In this document: piece after piece, positions 1-13,533 of the stretch
How positions within the stretch are numbered: the stretch's first letter is position 1
How the letters are laid out: each line of letters opens with the position of its first letter
NCBI GenBank assembly: GCA_964016885.1
Contig: OZ024746.1
Location: 41,912,001-41,976,000 of the forward strand
DNA: 64,000 nt
Source of the DNA: Eledone cirrhosa
Taxonomy: Eukaryota
Reading direction: 5' to 3'
Program-made: the position numbers and the translations under genes
The notes under the pieces: generated by a model
What the model saw: the letters and a program-made list of their open reading frames with translations, nothing else
Told to the model about the DNA's origin: nothing
The model's database searches: none

Positions 1-204
1 TAAATCATAACAAAATAGTCATACTAGCCTTACTGTGATGATGTAATAACCATAGCAGAATATAAATTGGTAACCAGTAATAATGCTTTCTGATTTAGGC
101 ATAAGGCCAGCAATCTGGTTAAATCAACTCCAGTACTTGATTGGTATTTTATCTTATCAATGCCAGAAGGATAAAAGGCAAATTTGATCCCTTAATTAGA
201 AAAT

Positions 205-370
205 AATGTTTCTACTTTAGGCACAAGGCTAGCAATTTGAAGGGGGAGTCGATTAAATCGACCCCAGTGCATTACTGGTACTTTATTTTATCGACCCCCA
301 TAAGGGTGAAAGGCAAAGATAACTTTGGCAGGATTTGAATTCAGAATGTAAAGTTCAAATCCTGCCGAAA
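205..370 (-). mobile_element. tRNA-derived SINE (family with central gcctttcatcc...gtcgataaa...gtaccag domain), partial; a second partial copy lies at ~80-195
   Basis: The reverse complement gives a B-box-like gaattcaaatcc, then tttgcctttcaccc...gggtcgataaa...gtaccag and a ...cttgtgcctaaagtagaaac tail. Related copies recur across the window. Confidence 0.8.
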
Positions 371-1734
371 TAATAATAATCAAAATATACATGTTGAGCA
401 ACTAATATGCATTGTTGATTTCTGTGTTCTTCATAATTACTGCTGTTTATAAACCTAAAATACTGTTAGTTAAACATATTTATTTTAGAAAACCATTTTC
501 ATGTTTTCCTTATGATAATGTCCAACACAGCCTCTATGTAGTTGTCTGACCTTCTAGAAATAGTAGCTAAATTTTCCTCAAATAATTTTTAAAGATAATA
601 TGAAGAAGGACACATTGTAATCCTCAATATAGCTATATCTGAAAAATAACAACTCATATTATTTTGCTAAAAATAGCAGTCAAATTTCCCTCAAATCCTG
701 TCCTACTGTCATAAAAAAAGGAATGACACATTGAATAATGTAGATCTAGAAATGCTATGACTGAATAAAATATTTGATATAAGTTTTAAGTACACTGTAT
801 TCATATTTTTCAGTTTAATTACAATCACCCCCAGATAATATTGAATAAGGCAATTCATCACAATTCCCTAAATTATAGCTAAATGAAAAGGAATTGACAC
901 AGCAACATCTTTTCACATTTTTCCGAGAAGTTTTAAATTATTAAGAAAGCTATAAAAATAAATAGTTAAAAAACAACAAAAAAACAACAAAACGAATAAA
1001 GACAAATAAAATGATTATTTCAAAGGCATTTATTTAATTTAATAATAGCCTAAGGTATAGGTGATTTACATTTTCTGGGAAAATGATTGACAGAAGTATC
1101 AATAGGAAATTACGAAGCATTTCAGAACTACTTGTGTGCTAATGCTTAATAACGTGACATTGGTTCATTTTTAAATTGGTTTAATTTCTAATATTTTCAA
1201 AAATAATTCAGTTAAATGGTGAATTGGTAGAATTGTTAGTATTTGTCCAGGCTCTCATCCTTCAGAATTCAAATCCTGCTGCAGTCAACTTTGCTTTTCA
1301 TCCATTGATAGAATTGTTTGAAAAATGTGGTATATATTCCTGCTTCTTATATTCTGAATTCAAATCTAACTGGTGTCTACTTAGGTGGTAGACTTAATCT
1401 ATAAGGCTTTTTTGTTACTTAATCAAGAAAGAAATTACATGGTTCATTTCAGAACCTAGTGAAAGAGGAGAGAAGTGAGTATCCTCAAACAGAAAACCTG
1501 GCTGAAATGCTGACAATAGAGTGAACCAATACAGCAGAACAACCCATCTAACATATTAATAATTTTACCAGTCCACCACTCTAGACTGTTAATTTATTGA
1601 AGCAGAAAGGCAAAGGTAACCTCGGTAGGATTTGAACTCAGAACTCAAGAAGCTAGAATAAAAACTGCTATGTATTTTATCTAATGTTCTAATGCTTCTG
1701 CCAGTTTATTGCCTGTTTGTCTGATGATGTTTAA

Positions 1735-1955
1735 CCCTTTAGCATTTACATTACTCTATATTTACTATTGTATTTTCATGGTAAACACTTTATTTCACAT
1801 AATTATCTCATATAATAATGAATCTACAAGATTTTGATATTATTTATGTTGAGAACAATACCTTAACAAAAGTGTGAGTAGTTGGTTATGGCCAGTTTGA
1901 ACAGAAAAAGATGAAAGAATTCTGGCTGGATACAGCCAGTTTAAATTCTAAAGGG
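1735..1955. mobile_element. piggyBac-type MITE
   Basis: ttaa|CCCTTTAGCATTTA ... TAAATTCTAAAGGG|ttta terminal inverted repeats. A related inverted copy is at 28363-28578. Confidence 0.7.
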
Positions 1956-2426
1956 TTTACTTGAATATATGTAACTTAACATTAGTAGGATAAATGTAGG
2001 AAAGGAATTTGAAAGTGATGACATCCTAGGATGGATTGAGAATGGTGGTTAATATTGGAACTTGGCAGTAAGACAGAATAGAGTGTAGCCAAGTGAGGTT
2101 TAGTAGTGTTGGTATGTAACTAGCTACTTCAGAGGTTACTGTAGTAATTATAGAACTGTCAGAGAGAAGAGGCAGCACATGTGGGACCAGAAGTTGTAAT
2201 ATGTTGTTGAGTGTGTATTTGTGTGTTTAAGAATCAGTTAGATGGGATTCTATTAAATGTGGTTTAGACTACTTTTGTGCACTGTAGCAACAGTTGTACT
2301 GTCATATATATGGAAGTAGTACTCAATTGCAAATCTTACTTGAATTTTGTAAGGAGTAAGCTATTGATCAGAGTAGAAATATTCTCTGGACTTGAACCAG
2401 AAGGGTTTCAATTTTAGCTATGTTAT

Positions 2427-3000
2427 TTATGCATGTGAAGTCATCATCAACTTTGAAGATGTTAGTTGCAGATTTTCCATGGCTACAGAGAGTGAAACAT
2501 AAGTTGTATCTTTGATATATGCTAGGGATTTTGTTTTAATGCTGCTGAAATATACTAGATTATTGTTAAAAGAAGTGTTTTGGATGACACTCTTCATAGA
2601 AATGGGGAAATGTTTTATGTATCGCATGTTGGTGATGTTTGGAAATGTTTTATATATCGCATGTTGGTGATGTTTGGATGAATGAAGAGTGATGATTAAG
2701 TAACAACATTTGTTCCACATACAATCAAGTGCTTTGCTGGTGTTACAATGATATTGCTTTCGCCAAACTGGTGAGCATTGTTGAATGACATTAGAAAGCA
2801 TGTCTCCAATAGATTTAACAGAGCCATACTGATGGTCATTGAGTGGGGAAAGAAGCTGAAAATGTTGAAAATGTTGAACAAGTTGATTATTAACATTTTC
2901 TGCAGAGATGTTAGAAGTGAGAATGATAGATTGATAATTAACAGGGGTTGAGAGACTACCATTCTTTTGAAAGGGACACACTGTAGCATGTTGCTTGTAG
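2427..3000 (-). mobile_element. Degenerate CR1/L2/Jockey-group LINE reverse transcriptase remnant
   Basis: PFQKNGSLSTPVNYQSIILTSNIS resembles PxxKxGxxxxPxNYRPISLTS. DHQYG and SKALDCMW resemble the QYGF and SKAFDxVW motifs. Confidence 0.7.
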
Positions 3001-4149
3001 AAAAATTAAAGAGTATGGAGAGGACAGGGGATAACTCTAGAGCTCAATATTAGTGGCTGATGGAAAGGACATTGTGAAAGCTATTTTCTGTATTATATAT
3101 ACATTTTTGACACCTGGAAGCTTTTTCAGTGTTTCACCCCATATTTGTTTTGGTAGCATGAGAAAAAAGCACCCAGTCCACTGTGTAAAGTGAGTGTGTT
3201 GGTGACATGACAAAAAAAAAACACCTTGTTTACCCTGCTGGTGTCCTGCTGGTGACATGACATAAAGTGCCCAGTCCACCATGTAAAGTGATCATGCTGG
3301 TGATATGACAAAAAGCACCCAGTCCACCCTGTTGTGCTTGTGACATGATGAAAAAGTGCCCAGTCCACACTGTAATTTAGTTAGTGTTAGGAAGGGCATC
3401 CAGCTGTAGAAATCAAGTCAAAATACTGATCTGTATGAGCAAAAAGTCATCACTTGAATTGACTTATTTCATAGCATAAAAACCCATCTAACCCATGTAA
3501 GTGTAGAAAAATGGACATTAAATGATTTCTATTTACTATTAAATGAATTGTTAAACAGGTGCCAAGATAATTCTTTGTCAGTGAATTTGTCCTTGGTCAG
3601 TTCATCACCAATTCAATTCATGGTTGCTCAGTTTGTAGCCAGATCAATTAATGATCAGTATACAAGACCCAAAACTGCAACATAATTTCATTCTGTTATC
3701 CTGTTTACAGGTTTTATTGTTTATTTGGGTTTCAGTTCAAATTACACATGAAAAAAGGCAATTATTTCTTAACTTAAGAAGTGAAGTAGGTGCGGATTTG
3801 TTGCTTTGAATGGTTCTCTGAATGTTTTGAGCTGTTTTTGTTTAATACAGACTGCAAACAACGTTAGCATGTGGGTGATGTGTTAACCTGAAAAAAAAAT
3901 TCACCTGGCCATGAATTGACATATGACAAATTGATTATTGACAAACTAACTGACAAGAAATTGATCAGATGCTGTTACATACAACAGCTCTTATAGTTTC
4001 ACTAAAGTATTCTGAAATTACCAACTTGACTTATAATTAAATTAGTTATATAGCAAAGACAAATGTCTGCAAGAGCAATATTAACATCCTAGCAACAGTA
4101 TTCGATTACCTGTATCATTTCACATTTCTGTTAGAATTATGTTCTAACA

Positions 4150-4325
4150 GTATTAAAAACTAGACAAATATTCCAAAATATATTTTGATAGCATCAATTT
4201 CTATGCCAGAACATTCTAATAAACTACAACTGTCAATATTGAAAACCAATGGGTTTACTCTTAATAGAGAAAAATGTAAATTTTTATCAGAGAAATCGAT
4301 TATCTGGGTATCATATCTCCAGACA
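4150..4325 (+). mobile_element. Ty3/gypsy RT scrap
   Basis: Manual translation gives YFDSI (decayed YxDDI), then NGFTLNREKCKF and IDYLG after a frameshift. Confidence 0.5.
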
Positions 4326-4544
4326 GACATGTCATATTATCACACAAAATAAATAATGAATTAAAAAGAAGAGGATGATCCTCAAGATGACCTCATGACA
4401 GATTAACAGGCTCAGCAATTGTTTGAAAAAGCAGATGAAGAAGATTTTCATGATTTTAACTCACCTGAATAAATTGCTTAATGAACTGCATAATCTGTTC
4501 TTTTTGTGTTTTGTAATAAATAAATAAAATTTGACACTGAGTCA

Positions 4545-4870
4545 TTGTTTGTGAGACGTTAGAACATTGGACAGTATGATTAGTAAATTCATTCCAACTC
4601 TCTGCACATTGAGTTCAAATCCCACTCTGATCAACATTGCCTTTCATCCTTTTGAGGTAAATAAGAGTACTATGGCAGTACTGCGGTCGATTATACTATA
4701 TGTCTTTCTCATTTCCTCTTTATCATTCTCTCTCTCTCTTCTCTGGAAGAAATCAGTTGTGTTAAGACCTGGAGAGAGAATGAGCTCCTGAAGGTTTAAA
4801 AAATGCCCAAGGCATGCTGTATGTCACTATAGCAGCCCTACGACACCATCAAGAATTATAGGTCCATACA
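4545..4870 (+). mobile_element. tRNA-derived SINE with alternative 3' tail
   Basis: gagttcaaatccc B box and gcctttcatcc domain. The tail is similar to the reverse complement of 36030-36150 and to 40720-40830. Confidence 0.65.
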
Positions 4871-5537
4871 TACACATATAGTTTGTGACTTTGGACTTGT
4901 TTATATATTTGTCATGTGATTGCTGGGTTTTTGTCTTGAATTTGCTTATCACCTTTTTTTCTCTTCCCTATCTTTCCTTTCTCCCATTTTTCCTCTCTCT
5001 TATCTTTCCTCACTCTCCCTCTTCCTTTTGTTCTTTCTCTCTCTTCTGTCTTTCTCTCTTCCACCCTCTCTTCCTCTACAGAATGGTGGGAAAATATAGT
5101 TACTTGCAAAACAAAATGGGCGGATGTTTTTTTATATGCATACAGAAATATATATAATTGAATTTAAATATATTGTTTGCTTTGCACAGCAAAACAATTT
5201 TTACCATTACTTGTCTGGCAATGTAGTGAATATATATATGCTGTTTTGTGGGTGTTCATTCTCTAATTTCTGAGTACAATGCGAACACACACAGAGACAA
5301 TATTTCTTTATATATAATATATATAAATATTATCACCACCACAATTTTACATCAATTGTTCTATGCTTACATGGTTAGACATGATGATGATGATGCATAG
5401 TTTTGGCAAGATTTAACTGGCTGGGTGCCCTTCCTATCACCAACCACTTTACAGCATAGATTGGATACATAATTCGTACCACCAGCACTAGGGAAGTTGC
5501 TTTACAGGACTTAAGGGTCCTCTCTACCCTGTATCAG

Positions 5538-5714
5538 ATTTTATTCAGAGTGACTGCACTCCTAGACAGGTTGCCTACATTTCATCTTAGCGAGCCCATG
5601 TGTATCTCGTGTAGTCATATTTTATTCAGAGCCACTGCCTTCCTAGACAGGCTGCCTTATTCATGGCTTACAGAGCCCATGTCTGCCGCTGAGCAGTCTT
5701 ATTTCATTCAGAGT
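5538..5714. repeat. Degenerate ~80-bp tandem repeat, a little over 2 units
   Basis: tttattcagag...tcctagacagg.tgcct...gagcccatgt occurs twice, followed by a third attcagag. Confidence 0.6.
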
Positions 5715-6783
5715 TATTCCCTTCCTATATATATATATATATATATAAATCACCATCATAATCATCACCGTTTAACATCTGTTTTTCACACTAGTATGGG
5801 TTAGACGAGTTGTCCTATTGTGACTGTGTCTTGCTTTTACAGAACTGCTTCTGGCTTGGTTTCTATGGCTGTAAGCTCTTCCTAATGCCAACTACATTAC
5901 ACACACACACACACCACACCTTGCCATGCCACGCCATGCCATGCCACGCCACGCCACAGGGAGGTTATATACATAGTAAGTAGAGCACTCAATTCATAGG
6001 ACAAGTTTGGTATAAAGTTAGTTCCTTGAGTATGGTTTGCTAATTTGTTGTTTAACTAACTATATATATGCAGTATATATATAAGGGTTGGTATGACCAT
6101 GGGGTTCCGAAGTTCACTCTGCAACCACAAGGTATTCAGTTCCATCCTACACAAAAAACACCAAGTTGAATAATATACAACATACATCCAGAAAACCAAT
6201 ACTCACCATAAATAAATTCCACCACTAAATCTTCCACATTTTCTCCAACATAAAAACCAATAAAAATAAAATTAAAACCAAGCTACCAAAGACACAAAAT
6301 AAGCATATATCTAAAAAAAACCTAACACAATTTTACAACAACCACACAACACCTACACAGAAAACTAACACTCACCACAAACAAATTCTATTAAATCATC
6401 TTACATTTTACCACTATAACTATCAATGTCAATATATATATATATGTGTGTGTGTATGTAAATGTGTATAATCTATCTATCTATCTATATTTATTATCTT
6501 CATAATTTTAAAATAATCTTTATGATGGCATAAGTTGGACGGGTCACTACAGACCAAATTGATATTTATTCGGCACAAATGTCCTCCTAGAAGATGTTGG
6601 GTTATCAGCTTTCTCTCAAATACATTCCATTTTGGTATGGCATGGTGTTACAACTAGATGCCCTTTCTAATATCAACCACTTGCAGTATGTACTGGGTGC
6701 ATTTTATTGTGATACCAGTACTAGTGAGATTGTCTTGTCCTTCATATGAGTGAAGAGTCCTTTCTACCTTATTTAATGCCTGT

Positions 6784-6840
<57 letters not shown>

Positions 6841-7029
6841 GTGTGTGTATGTTTATGTTTAGTGGCTTGAAAAATAGAGATTGATAAAATAATTGCCAGA
6901 TTTGTCAAAATAAGTACTGAGGTCAATAGAATCAAATAAATCCATTCAAAGTGGTTTCTTTGTATTTTCTAATTACTGAAACCAGTGAAACAAATAAAAG
7001 CTTATCTATATACAAGAATACACACACAA

Positions 7030-7480
7030 CTGGGGAAAAGTACCTTTTGTAGTGATACACAATCCATGTAATCAAAGTATTTTTGAAGTAGCTAAAGCAA
7101 ACATAACTATTATCAAATAAAGTAATAAACTAAAAGATCTAATTACTGGTAGAAAGCTTATTTAAAGAAACCAACAAGCAAAAAATTTAAAACAATTGTT
7201 AACAAGGTCAAAGCTTCATCTAAACTACAACAACAATAATAACTTTACAGTATCTTATTGTTGTGGTACATGCAAATATATACATGCTGGCTGTTATATC
7301 AGCAATAAGATGCTGAAGAAAAATATTTGCAAATACAAATAAGAACTTCAAATGTAGAAATCTGATTTACTGTTTCAAATGTCTGAATTGTGAAGAAAGA
7401 TACATTGGTCAAACAGGAAACTTGTTATGAGAATGATTGCAAGTACAACCTGTGATAGTATGAGATTTACAAACTCATGG
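7030..7480 (+). mobile_element. Penelope-like element GIY-YIG endonuclease remnant (disrupted)
   Basis: Manual translation gives VPFVVIHNP, NLKQLLTR and NLIYCFKCLNCEERYIGQTG, followed by stop codons. Confidence 0.75.
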
Positions 7481-7559
7481 TTCACTCTATTGTTCATTAG
7501 CAGTTGTTGCAGGAAAGATTTAGATCTGTTCATCTGTTATGTGCGATGGAACAAATTGT

Positions 7560-9373
7560 AACAACAATGAATTTTATTCAATTACATGCACTTAATCATT
7601 ACCAGTTTTTAAGATTTTAGGAAGAAATAGAAGCAGAATATACTGAATTACTGTACTGCAAGTTTTAGGAAAAATTAGAAGCTGAATATAGCGATTTGCT
7701 GTATCACACTGCTGTAAGATGATTTATTAGCAGTGAAGTGATCTCAGAATTTTTGAATTTCAGATAGAGATTGACATTTTTCAAATGAGAAAAATCATGT
7801 TCTGCTTGGACTTGTAAACAATGAATATCTATGGAAATTGGCACTCTCAGCTAACATGATGATGCATCTTAATGAGTTCATTTTTAAAGAACAAGATGAT
7901 TCTCAGCTTATATGCAGTAAAAGCTTTCTAACATAAATTAACCTTTTTTCCCAGCTAATGATAAATAATCAATTTCCCTGCTGTGAAAAATACAACCGAG
8001 AAGTAAACTATCCCTTTCCTTTCAAATTCACCCAAGACATTCTATCTTGTTTGAAGCTACAGTTTCAACAGCATTTTTAAGGTCTCGATGAAAATGCAAA
8101 AGCATTATAAATCTTTCTAAATCTATTTGACTGCACTATCAAAGAATTTCCATCAAATTTGTAACTGGAAGATATTGATCTACAACCAAATGACATTAGA
8201 AAAAAGAAACCTTGAATGACTTATCTAAATGCTTCTATGATGAAAGATATACTTCATTAAAATCTTCTTTGCAGGGATAGACTTCAATATTTGGGATAAC
8301 CTGTTTATATAAAAAAGCATATTTTAAGAATATTTGTGCCAGGTAAAAGTACCTACCACTGATGTGCTCTTTCATGTGAGGCAACTGCAGGAAAGGTACC
8401 TAGCTAAAAGTAAACCCCTATACTTGGCATTTGTGGACCTGGGGAAAGCTTTTGACAGAACCCCCCCGCTGTCCCATTATCTGAAGGGCCTTGCTTGTCT
8501 CATAATGGGACAAACTGTCTAATTCATGTTAGCGTGGAAAAGGTGTGTTAAATGATGATCATGAAGTACATTTATAGGTCAGTGTTAACCGATCATCACT
8601 TCCAGTCAGTTTTTATGAGAGGAATTACAAAATTTGAACCAGAATTTGACAATATAACCCCACCCAATAAAAATAAAGAATTTCATTGTTTCCATTGATA
8701 GTTCACTATTTCACAATATATAGCATACAGCTTAGACTGCTCTTCATTTCTTACACTGCTGCATACATACACATAAATGCATTTAAAAAGTTGTTGCATG
8801 TTGGGACAATTTCGAATATTAATTGCAAATCATAGTGTTTTCTTTGAGGTTAAGCAAGCCTTTTATGCCAGGCTGTTAGGTTACCAAATCGCTATATAAA
8901 CCTTCATGGTATACCATTTTCCTGGAATTTTTGTCAATAATTATCCTGCCACTCACAAATATATTTTTACATGCATTGAAGCTATAAATTTATCCAAACT
9001 GATTCTTATATAGTATTCTGTGTTGAATTTCTGAGCCCCTGTGCTTTAGCAAAAGAAATATTTTCACTACAGTAATGAGATGATCTTGTGGTATTAAGGA
9101 AGGCTTCATCTCATATGTTTTTTGCAGGTGATATAGAATACCCCAAAGACCAGGCATTTATTAATGCTATAACATAATTTCATTACGTTAGTTCTTTATA
9201 TTCGTTATTCTTTGTTAAATGCTTATAATAAAAATCATTAAAATGATTAAATAAAACAAGCTGCTTTCAACTGCTTTGTATGATTAGGGTTTCATTTTTT
9301 ATTTGCCTTGGCCTACAAGACATCAAAACAATTTTCCAATTTGGCACACCTCTAAAGACGTTTGCCAACACTG
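7560..9373 (+). mobile_element. hAT (Charlie/Buster-like) transposase relic with 3' TIR
   Basis: EAEYSDLLYHTAVR* matches the LLYHTxVRW motif. Also HLNEF, LQFQQHF, LEDIDLQ and FEPEFD. It ends in gtttgccaacactg (9360-9373), the reverse complement of CAGTGTTGGCAAAC. An RTE fragment interrupts it. Confidence 0.7.
8336..8565 (+). mobile_element. RTE LINE fragment (RT piece plus 3' end) nested in the hAT relic
   Basis: TTDVLFHVRQLQERYLAKSKPLYLAFVDLGKAFDR, then an RTE-type 3' end with gatgat. Confidence 0.8.
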
Positions 9374-11439
9374 ATATAGAATATAACAATGAAACTATTT
9401 ATTATTGGCTTCCTTTGTGTGTTTTAAGGTCAACATAATTTATCAGATATCACTTGCAGAAGAATTTTGCTGGACAATAGTATGACTTTGATCCTATGTT
9501 CTTCACATCAAGAAACATTAACACTGTTTTAGATGATTGCACAAGCTAATTAAAGAAATCATTAGAGAAAAATAACCAAGCAATCAGAGAATTTTCATAA
9601 AGAATTAACATCAAAGTTATCAGCTTAATGTGTAAATTCCCATAAGGAAAAGCTAACAATTATGAAGAAGCCTATACAATTTCTGAAGAAAATGTGTATA
9701 CATTTGAACAAATCAAAAGCTAGAACCTTGAATTAAAAATCATTGAAAACTTTACTAGAAATTCTTAACAAGATTGAATCAAAGATGCAAGAATTATTTG
9801 GAAAAGAAAGGTGTCACTATTCAAAGACTTTCAATTGCCGGAAGAAAGTCGAATGAGATAACAATGAATGAAATTAAAGGAAAGCCACTGAAACATTGGC
9901 AATAAACCATTTTCAGGAAGTATTTGATTCTATTGAGCAAATCACCACTATTGCAGTTGGCAATGGTGTTTAAGTTAAAAGAAATAGATGATGAAATGAA
10001 AGCCAAAATCAAACGAATCTCTGTGCTGGAAGGGTAAATTGGGCAATTTTATATTGAGTTATTTGGAAGAAGTATATAAAGTGTTGCTGTGAGATGAATT
10101 GTTTAAAATTTGGCTGAGATTTTCTAACAGAGGATGCATTAAAAGAAAAGGAATACATAGAAATCATTAAGGGGCACTTTTGAAATGCAGTTTATAGCTG
10201 TTTGGAAGCTAATTTGAATAATTGTTTAATGGAATTGTTTGTGCAATTGAGGTTTTATAAATAATTCTCCAAGTTAATTTCATAAACGATTGGGGAAAAG
10301 CAGTAGCCATCAATTTTAAGGGATATAATGATTATTCCTATTAAATTGTATGCAATTATTATTATTGTTTGAGCAACTAAAGTGATTGAACATTAGGAAA
10401 AATCTAGAGAGGGTAGGCATATGAACTACATAAATAGAAATTAATGAAACAATGTCCATTCAACGCCATCAATTGTAGGTAGTAAGATGGAATAACTACA
10501 GACTTTAAAATCAATAGCCATGCTGGATTTGTGATTATAACTGACATTGTATATTGTATACATTGTAACGCATTTCTTGGCATTGTGTTAAGTTTTTAAG
10601 AGAGACATATTGCCCTCAATAACAGAATATATCTGAAATGTAGACTTCTATTTTTCAGTTAAATTTTTAGTAGCATCTACACCGATGCCTTATATTTCTG
10701 CATTCAAATCCCACATGAGATGATTTTTGTGTTTCTTCTAGGATCAATAAAAAAAGTCATCTGCATACCCTTCTGCTACAAAATTGGCCATATTCCCAGT
10801 TGTAAGAAATCATTATTTTGCAACTAATTTTCAACCAGTGGCCATACCCTTTGATTAGATTTTTGCTATTGAGAAGTTACACAATGATAACTTCCTATGA
10901 CATCCATTTATTTTCCCAAACTTTAGGATTTGTATTCAAGATTTTAAATCTTGGAATATATATATATTCTTTATCTTATTTTTGGATTGATTTACAAAAT
11001 AGATTCTATTCCACTGTCTCTGTATCTGATAATTTCATACAATAACTTCATATCTTATAGGTTATTTCTAACTACCATATTCCATGTCTTTCATGATCTA
11101 CTAATTTTCTGACTGTAGACAGCTTATTGTATCTTCATCGACTTGTAATTATCTATTCTCTTGATTTGTTTCCATATTATTTGATGGTTCTTTTTTATGG
11201 GCTAAATCTGATTCCTTTGATTCCCATCAGGTTTTTAAATTGGTCCAATAAGCAGTTAGAGTATACTATAAATTCATATCTGTACAAACAGTACTGGTTT
11301 TTAACCAAAGTTGTGAGAGATATGCATCTATTTCTTGCCTAATGTATCATATATATATATGTATATATATTATATAGATAACATTATCATCATCATCATT
11401 ATCACCATTTAACGTCTATTTTCCAAGCTCTCATGATGC

Positions 11440-12213
11440 TAAACTCCACCAGTTGCAGACTGCGCATTAACATGTGATATCTCTCTCCACAAAGTTCGAT
11501 CACCAACAGCAGAGTTCGAAGAGCAAAGATCAAGTCCAGTCCATAAATTGACATTTTCAAGCCATCATGTTGGTTGCTGGCCTCTACTTCTCTTACCAGC
11601 CAACTTTCCTTCCAGACATAACCTACTCACACCACGGGTTGATCTTTTTATATGGCCGTATAGTTTCAGTACTCTTGACTTGACAATTGATGTAATTGGT
11701 CTAAGTTTGGTAATGTTGAGCAGCTCACTGATACAGATATGGTCGCTGAGCTGCTTGCCAGTCATAAGTCTCATGATGTGGTTCTAGAATGTAGAGAGCT
11801 TCTGAAGTGACCTTGTCATCCAGTTAACACAGTCAAGACCATATAACACAACTGGTAGGATGTAAGTATCAAAGATCTTAGCCTTCAAATGATAGGAAAC
11901 TCATTTTGATGTTAGTACTTCCTTGTTCTTGTTGAAAGCTGCCCAACCTAGAGTGATTCGATATTGCACAGCAACCATTCCATTGTTGTTTGATGATAGT
12001 TTGTGACCGAGATATACAAACTCCATAACTTGAGCAATTTGCTGGTTGTAGATTGTGAGTTGGAGATTGGCATTGTTTTTATCAGTTGTCATACACTTTG
12101 TTTTGGAGATGTTGATGTGTAAGCCAGCTTCCAGCGAATGTTTGGCCAGTACATTCAGAAAGTCTTGCATATCAGTTCTAGAGTAACTCATGATGGCCAG
12201 ATCGTCTGCATAG
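11440..12213 (-). mobile_element. RTE LINE RT C-terminal fragment
   Basis: YADDLA at ~12195-12212, GLHINISKTKCM, FVYLG and LKLYGHIKR...GKRSRGQQ. Confidence 0.9.
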
Positions 12214-13452
12214 CTTGCATGGTTTAAATGGGTTGTGATATTGTGTGACAGATGAAATCAGGAGACTCTCACTCATACAGAACTGTTTCTGGCTTGGTTT
12301 CTTCTATGGTTGGATTCCCTTTCTAATGCCAAGCACATTCCAGTATGGGCAGGGTGATTTTTACCATGGCACTAAAGCGACAATCTGGCAAGGTAGACAG
12401 GGTTTTTTTGTTGTGTCACCAGCACAACCACCTTACAGGGTTGGCTAAGTGCTTTTTTGCTTTTTATCATGGTAGCAGCACTGTGAGAGAACTTGTATGC
12501 ATGGGTTGAATATATACATATATATATTATTAGTGCAGATTAAAGTTTAAGCAAAGAATTTCTACTTTCACCCAATTACAGGATCTTCTGAAACTGAGAA
12601 AAATCAATTTATAGATGCAGAAGTAAATATTTCAAAAAGCATTAAACCAAATGAAAACAGGAAGACATAACGTTGGTTCGTGAAGACATTCTCTGGTGAC
12701 GGACGAAAAAGATGCAAGGATAATTACGTCATTATGTATATATTAACACAGGGACTGATAACTTTGGGGTTGATGTCTGATTAACTTATAAGTCCACTCG
12801 GAAGGATATATATCTTGCAATTAAGGGAAGGTTATTCTGATATAAAGGGAATTGCCTTGGCTATTTCTGATATCCTCAATGTAAGCTGAATATCTTTATG
12901 TTCCTATGTTCCCTACTCTGCAACGTTTATTGATACCGGATTTCTTGCTGCAGCTTGTATTTAGATCATGCCATGAGGTCACAAGAGAGAGATCTATGAA
13001 GTGTCATGCAAAACTCTCTTGCACTCCTTTTTTGTACCTCCTCTTATTTTTCTTTTAAGCCCGGTAGAGATGGGAAGATAGCAGTAGGACAACTATGTCT
13101 ACTTTACCTTTTATCCTTTTGGAGTTGATAAAAGAAATACCAACCCAGCACTTGTGCAGCCCTCTCTTCTTCTAGTTATCACGTCATGGAAGTTTTGCTG
13201 TATCAAAGGAAGAAGGTGTGACAGGGTGCCTGCATTTCCTCATGATTGTATGGGTCCTTAAAAATCTTGGCAAAAGCATATTACATACAACCAAAGAACA
13301 CACAATGTGTTGTGGTTGGGTTGCCGTTTCATGCTACAACAACTTTTTACAAGGAGTCCCTGGGTCGATTTTTGATTTTTGATTTTTCTATTCTTTTCTC
13401 TGTTTTCCATGATAAGTTTGGGTTCAATGTAATCCTCTTATGTAATTCTGTC

Positions 13453-13533
13453 GAAGTTACCTGATGAGATCGTCCAGTCTTGCATAATAATTGGATGATG
13501 GAGCTGGACTATTGAAATATATATAGTGATTTC
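13453..13533 (+). ncRNA. Type I hammerhead ribozyme, intact core
   Basis: Stem I gaagttac/gtgatttc (8 bp including GU). CTGATGA at 13461. Stem II gat.gtccag/ctggac.att. GAAAT-ATAT-ATA, with predicted cleavage after 13525. Confidence 0.8.

Noticed and set aside
9680-9720. CTGAAGA-aaatg/cattt-GAACA hammerhead-like motif
   Set aside because: GAAA is incomplete, there is no stem III, and stem I is only A/U. Probably chance.
9450-10620. Possible decayed coding or transposase region
   Set aside because: It looks purine-biased, but I could not identify any diagnostic motif.
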